Positions 59,532 to 64,000 of a stretch of 64,000 nt of DNA are shown one piece after another. The translations under genes and the position numbers were made by a program. Origin of the DNA: Marispirochaeta sp. Lineage in GTDB: Bacteria; Spirochaetota; Spirochaetia; JC444; Marispirochaetaceae. Under the pieces are notes generated by a model. It was not told the DNA's origin and did no database searches. It worked only from the letters and a program-made list of their open reading frames with translations. The stretch spans positions 736,001 to 800,000 of the forward strand of contig CAXXFF010000003.1 of NCBI GenBank assembly GCA_963676835.2, written 5' to 3'. Numbering within the stretch: the first letter of the stretch is position 1; each line of letters starts with the position of its first letter.

Positions 59532-60347
59532 TTAAATATTATGTACCAGATAACCACCGTCTACAGGGATAGAAACGCCGGTTACAAAACCGGATGCTTT
59601 GTCACTGCAGAGAAACAGCAGCGCACCGCCAAGCTCCTGGACATCACCGAAACGGCCGAAGGGGGTATGGGCAATAATAGCCTCTCCACGGGCGGTCAGG
59701 TTTCCGGTAGCTTCATCAAACAGCAGCGCTTTATTCTGTTTTCCGACGAAAAATCCCGGAGCAATAGCATTTACCCTGATTCCGTCTTTAGCAAACTCCC
59801 GGGCACCTGCATAGGTAAGATTAAGAACCGCGGACTTGGCGGCGCCGTAAGCATGAGTACCGGAAAGGGGGATATAGCTTGTCATGGAGGTGAGATTGAT
59901 TATTGATCCCTTGATCTCTTTAGCCTTCCAGTTTTTGACAAAAACCTTGGTGGGAACCATAAGACCGGCTAAAAGATTCAGACGAAGAACATCTTCAAAG
60001 ACATCCATATCAACATCTTCCCAGTCTGATTTACCTTTGTTTCCTCCGGCGGCATTAATCAGAATATCGACGGAACCGAACTGCTTCTCTGTCTCTTCGT
60101 ATCCGGCAATGACTGCGGCTTCATCGCCGGTATCAGCCTTTACCCGCTGCAGCTGGTCCTTAAGCCCTGTAGCATCGGCAAGTTTTGCCAGGTTGGCATC
60201 AATGGACTCATAACGGTGTCCCCAGAGGGAAACATTGGCTCCAGCCCGTAAAAGGGCTTCTCCCATGGCATAGGCGATATTTCCACCTCCGCCGGTAATG
60301 ACTGCGGTCTTTCCTTTTAAAGAAAACATTTCATCAAGATAGCTCAT
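59532..60347 (-). CDS. uxuB: SDR-type D-mannonate oxidoreductase (fructuronate reductase)
   Basis: NAAGGN, Y.AAK, NAIAPGFF..QN..LL, HTPFGRFG; adjacent to uxaC. Confidence 0.75.
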   Translation of the reverse strand: MSYLDEMFSLKGKTAVITGGGGNIAYAMGEALLRAGANVSLWGHRYESIDANLAKLADATGLKDQLQRVKADTGDEAAVIAGYEETEKQFGSVDILINAAGGNKGKSDWEDVDMDVFEDVLRLNLLAGLMVPTKVFVKNWKAKEIKGSIINLTSMTSYIPLSGTHAYGAAKSAVLNLTYAGAREFAKDGIRVNAIAPGFFVGKQNKALLFDEATGNLTARGEAIIAHTPFGRFGDVQELGGALLFLCSDKASGFVTGVSIPVDGGYLVHNI

Positions 60348-60402
60348 ACAAAAAACCTCACTCTCTTTCCTTCTTTTTCAGGTCTATATACGAGGCCGGA
60401 AT

Positions 60403-61158
60403 TCAACCGGCCTGAAGAACCTCAATTCCAAGGGCAACCAGTTCCGGCGCCGCTGTCAGTTCGCTGTCCGAAACAAGCACATCAACAGTCTCGGGTCTGC
60501 CAAAAATCGAAAATGCGGACAATCCCATTTTCCTGGAGTCAGCCAGCACTACAGTACGCTGACTTACCGCAATAACCTGCTGTTTCAGCTGGCTGTCCAT
60601 AATATTATGGGAGCTGAAAACACCTTTTTCCGAAAAAGCTGCCCCCCCCAGAAAACAGGTATTAAACTGAAAATCTTCCAGGTTATGTATAGCCATGGGT
60701 CCGAGAAAACTCCCTGCCGACTTCCGGTATGCACCGCCTGTGGATATTAAACTTATCCCCGGACGATCTGCCAGACGGGTCATAACATCAATGGAATTGG
60801 TAACAACCCTCAACGACATGTGCGCCACCGCTTCAGAAAAAAGCATGCAGGTAGATCCGGCATCAATGAAGATAGTATCATCTTCCCGGACGAGCTCAAC
60901 CGCCCGGGCCGCGATAGCACGTTTGGCCTCAAGATACTCTCCACGGCGGATACTCATGGTCTGCCGGAAACGGTTATCCTGAGCAAGCTCTGCACCCCCT
61001 CTGGTTCTTATAAGAAACCCCATCTCTTCCAGGATGGACAGGTCTTTCCGTATGGTAACTTCCGACACACTCAGCCTGCTGGTCAGTTCTCCGACGCTTA
61101 TACTGCGCAGTTTTGACAACATAGCAAGAATCTCATCCTGCCGCCGGTTTGCTGGCAT
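60403..61158 (-). CDS. DeoR/GlpR-family regulator
   Basis: TIRKDL..LE..G...RTRGGA, DAGST, VVTNS. Confidence 0.92.
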   Translation of the reverse strand: MPANRRQDEILAMLSKLRSISVGELTSRLSVSEVTIRKDLSILEEMGFLIRTRGGAELAQDNRFRQTMSIRRGEYLEAKRAIAARAVELVREDDTIFIDAGSTCMLFSEAVAHMSLRVVTNSIDVMTRLADRPGISLISTGGAYRKSAGSFLGPMAIHNLEDFQFNTCFLGGAAFSEKGVFSSHNIMDSQLKQQVIAVSQRTVVLADSRKMGLSAFSIFGRPETVDVLVSDSELTAAPELVALGIEVLQAG

Positions 61159-61355
61159 TGCTATTCCTTTCATTTTCAGAGTATTACGGAAACATACCCC
61201 TGTCAATGAAAAAATGTAAGGGTTTACAAAGCTTGACTCGGGGCACTTTCCATGGTAAATCTTTCGTTAGAGACCGTAATACATAAGTATTCAAAAGTAA
61301 CCAACCATTATACCTTAACATTTAGTATAAAGAGGGTTTAAGGTGGAAAAAAGGA

Positions 61356-62243
61356 GTGAATATGATTGATCCTGTTCAGGAACTTAAGGATTTCAAGCCG
61401 GAAAAAGAGTTTTTCATCGGCATTGATTCCGATGGATGTGCCTTCGATTCCATGGAAATAAAGCACAAGGAATGCTTTTGTCCCCAGTTCATATACCAGT
61501 TCGGACTGCAGGCCGTATCGAAATACGCCAGGGAAGTCTGGGAGTTTGTAAACCTTTACTCTAAAAACCGCGGATGCAACCGCTTCCTTGCCCTGCAGTA
61601 CGCCATGGCCCTTCTCTCTGAAAGAAAGGAAGTAAAAGCACGTAATGTTGAAGTTCCCCTTCTGAAGGACCTCGATGCCTGGGTAAAACGGGAGACAAAA
61701 CTGGGCAACCCCGCTTTTCTGGCAGAAGTTGACCGCAACCCCACGGAAGAACTGAAAACAATCAAGGCTTACTCCCTTGGCGTAAACGAGGTTGTCTCCT
61801 GGTATGTCAAAAATGTTCCCCCCTTCCCCCTTGTACGGGAAAGCCTCGAAAAAATGGTAACAAAAGCCGACGCACTGGTAGTCAGCCAGACCCCCACAGA
61901 AGCTCTGGAAAAAGAGTGGGCGGAAAGCAAAATCGACTCTTATGTTCGTCTTATCGCCGGACAGGAAAGGGGAACAAAAACTGAACATATAAAGTTCGCC
62001 GCCGGCGGAAAGTACGATCCCGAAAAAATTCTGATGATAGGTGATGCCCCCGGTGACTATAAAGCCGCAGCTGGCAACAACGCCCTCTTCTTTCCCATCA
62101 ACCCGGGACACGAAGAAGCAAGCTGGGAAAAACTCTATAACGAAGGCCTGGATAAGTTCTTCAACGGAACCTTTAAAGGGGCCTATCAGGAAGCTCTGTT
62201 AAAGGAGTTTGACACCTACCTTCCCGAAAAACCAAACTGGTAA
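61356..62243 (+). CDS. HAD-family hydrolase
   Basis: IDSDGC.FD, VVS, K, MIGDAPGD. Confidence 0.85.
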   Translation: MNMIDPVQELKDFKPEKEFFIGIDSDGCAFDSMEIKHKECFCPQFIYQFGLQAVSKYAREVWEFVNLYSKNRGCNRFLALQYAMALLSERKEVKARNVEVPLLKDLDAWVKRETKLGNPAFLAEVDRNPTEELKTIKAYSLGVNEVVSWYVKNVPPFPLVRESLEKMVTKADALVVSQTPTEALEKEWAESKIDSYVRLIAGQERGTKTEHIKFAAGGKYDPEKILMIGDAPGDYKAAAGNNALFFPINPGHEEASWEKLYNEGLDKFFNGTFKGAYQEALLKEFDTYLPEKPNW

Positions 62244-62256
62244 GGGCGGGCTGCAG

Positions 62257-63531
62257 ATGCTCTACTACGAAAAGGGATCCGAGAATACCGTTATCGGAAT
62301 GGAGGAACTTTCTTCTATATTGACGGAGGTTCTTGGGAAAATCGGAGAAAAGCAGAAGGTTCTTGCCCTGCCGCCGGACATAACCAGGGCTCACTCAAAA
62401 GCTGGAGAAATTACCTCCATGCTTTATGGTCACTATGGAGAAAAGCTGACCGATATTATGCCAGCCATCGGTACCCACGCACCCATGAGCAGCGAAGAGA
62501 TAGAAAAGATGTTTCCCGGTGTACCGGAAGATCTTTTCCGCGATCACCGCTGGCGAAAGGACTTGTCTACCCTTGGCACGGTTCCCGCTGATTTTGTAAA
62601 GAAACAGACCGGCGGCAAAATTGACTTTGACTGGCCCGCCCAGGTCAATTCACTGCTGGTGGAAGGCGGCCACGATCTGATTGTCAGCATCGGCCAGGTG
62701 GTTCCACACGAAGTAATAGGGCTTGCCAATTACAATAAAAACATCTTTGTGGGAACCGGCGGCCAGGAGGGCATAAACAAAAGTCATTTTATCGGTGCCG
62801 CCTACGGCATGGAAAAGATCATGGGCCGTGCGGATAACCCTGTCCGGGCCATTCTCAACTATGCCTCGGAAGAATTCGGCGGGGACCTTCCCCTGCTCTA
62901 CATTCTGACGGTTGTAGGCCGGGATTCCGACGGCAGCCTTCCAATTCGGGGCCTCTATATCGGCGACGACCATGAATGCTTCTATAAGGCAGCGGAACTT
63001 TCTTTAAAAGTAAACTTTACCATGCTGGAAAAACCCATAAAGAAAGCGGTGGTTTACCTGGATCCGGAAGAGTTCCGAAGTACCTGGCTGGGTAATAAGA
63101 GTATTTACCGTACCAGAATGGCCATAGAAGACGGTGGAGAACTGATAGTGCTTGCTCCCGGTGTAAAAGAGTTCGGAGAGGATGCTGAAAACGACCGCAT
63201 AATACGAAAGTACGGCTACCTCACCACCGACGAAGTTCTGGACTGCACAGCGAAGAATCAGGATCTTCAGGACAACCTTGGAGTTGCCGCTCACCTTATC
63301 CACGGATCACCGGAAAAGAGGTTCAGCGTAACCTATTGCCCCGGCCATCTGACAAAAGAAGAGATTGAAAGTGTGGGCTACACCTATGCCGATCTGTCGG
63401 AAATGCGTAAACTGTATAATCCGGACACCTTAAAAGACGGCTGGAATACTATGCCCGACGGCGAGGAAATCTACTTTATAAGCAATCCTGCCATTGGATT
63501 ATGGGCCGTTAAAGAGCGGTTTAACGATTGA
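62257..63531 (+). CDS. LarA-family (nickel-pincer) epimerase, putative mannonate/gluconate 2-epimerase
   Basis: PPDITR, IGTH, VPHE, NYNK, KSH, WLGNK; located between hexuronate genes and gnd. Confidence 0.8.
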   Translation: MLYYEKGSENTVIGMEELSSILTEVLGKIGEKQKVLALPPDITRAHSKAGEITSMLYGHYGEKLTDIMPAIGTHAPMSSEEIEKMFPGVPEDLFRDHRWRKDLSTLGTVPADFVKKQTGGKIDFDWPAQVNSLLVEGGHDLIVSIGQVVPHEVIGLANYNKNIFVGTGGQEGINKSHFIGAAYGMEKIMGRADNPVRAILNYASEEFGGDLPLLYILTVVGRDSDGSLPIRGLYIGDDHECFYKAAELSLKVNFTMLEKPIKKAVVYLDPEEFRSTWLGNKSIYRTRMAIEDGGELIVLAPGVKEFGEDAENDRIIRKYGYLTTDEVLDCTAKNQDLQDNLGVAAHLIHGSPEKRFSVTYCPGHLTKEEIESVGYTYADLSEMRKLYNPDTLKDGWNTMPDGEEIYFISNPAIGLWAVKERFND

Positions 63532-63748
63532 AGCAATAGATCGGGTTTCCCGATCTTTGCGGCAGCGTAAGCTGAGCGGAGGGAGAGGACGACCGTCCGA
63601 ACCCGACCGAAAAAGAAGGAACCCTGCCATCGGGCTGTGGGCCGTTGAAGAGAGATTTAATGATTGAAGCAATAGATCGGGTTTCCCGATCTTTGCGGCA
63701 GCGTAAGCTGAGCGGAGGGAGAGGACGACCGTCAGAACCCAACCGGAA
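63484..63748 (+). repeat. 136-bp tandem duplication of the larA 3' end plus intergenic hairpins
   Basis: Copies start at 63484 and 63620; intergenic part nearly identical, coding part differs mostly at synonymous sites. Confidence 0.92.
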
Positions 63749-63771
63749 ATGAGATAAATAAGGAGATTTAT

Positions 63772-64000
63772 ATGGCAGAAAAACAGGCGGATATTGGACT
63801 TATCGGTCTTGCAGTAATGGGACAGAATCTTGTCCTCAACATGAATGACAACGGCTATACCGTAGCAGTCTTCAACCGTACAGTAAGCAAGGTTGATGAT
63901 TTTCTTAACGGTGCGGCCAAAGGCAGGGATACAATCCTCGGAGCCCACTCCATGGAAGAGTTTGTGGCAAGCCTTAAACGCCCCAGAAAAGTAATGCTCA
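63772..64000 (+). CDS. gnd: 6-phosphogluconate dehydrogenase, NADP-dependent (5' part, runs off window)
   Basis: ADIGLIGLAVMGQNLVLNM.D.GY.VAVFNRT; AAGGAG RBS. Confidence 0.95.
   Translation, partial: MAEKQADIGLIGLAVMGQNLVLNMNDNGYTVAVFNRTVSKVDDFLNGAAKGRDTILGAHSMEEFVASLKRPRKVML

Overview
Bacterial chromosomal window of roughly 50% GC by eye. It is probably from a free-living anaerobic spirochaete; this is inferred from the solute-binding-protein N-termini (AEGGQE/ANGSQE) and the gene content. Left to right: (1) TPP-riboswitch-controlled thiamine/HMP ABC transporter. (2) A ~21 kb sugar-acid/carboxylate catabolic island with gudD, an enolase-family enzyme, a 2-hydroxyacid dehydrogenase, three tctCBA operons, three URO-D/MtaA-family enzymes and a PrpR-like sigma54 activator. 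A tctCBA+URO-D unit is tandemly duplicated, and both duplicated URO-D genes have sigma54 promoters. (3) Two modules, each with a membrane-anchored AraC regulator followed by two lipoprotein genes (DUF1566-like lectin fold or 7-blade propeller). Every lipoprotein gene is preceded by the same 24-26 bp palindrome exactly 20 nt from a -10 box; this is the best candidate for an undescribed system. (4) ettA, an SDR, and two AAA/DUF4143 ATPases flanking alkD. One ATPase is bracketed by a repeated palindromic site and a diverged duplicate alkD fragment. (5) A DeoR-linked 2-oxoacid dehydrogenase with fused E1. (6) A BrnTA toxin-antitoxin pair, an allophanate-hydrolase remnant, glk-nudC-UGPase-hisI, ferredoxin, a racemase and an ArsR operon. 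(7) A hexuronate cluster (uxaE, uxaC, uxuB, DeoR, HAD, LarA-family epimerase, gnd). Several REP-like repeat families occur. No rRNA, tRNA, transposase, integrase, reverse transcriptase or CRISPR-Cas was seen. All family calls come from motifs read by eye; no database was searched.
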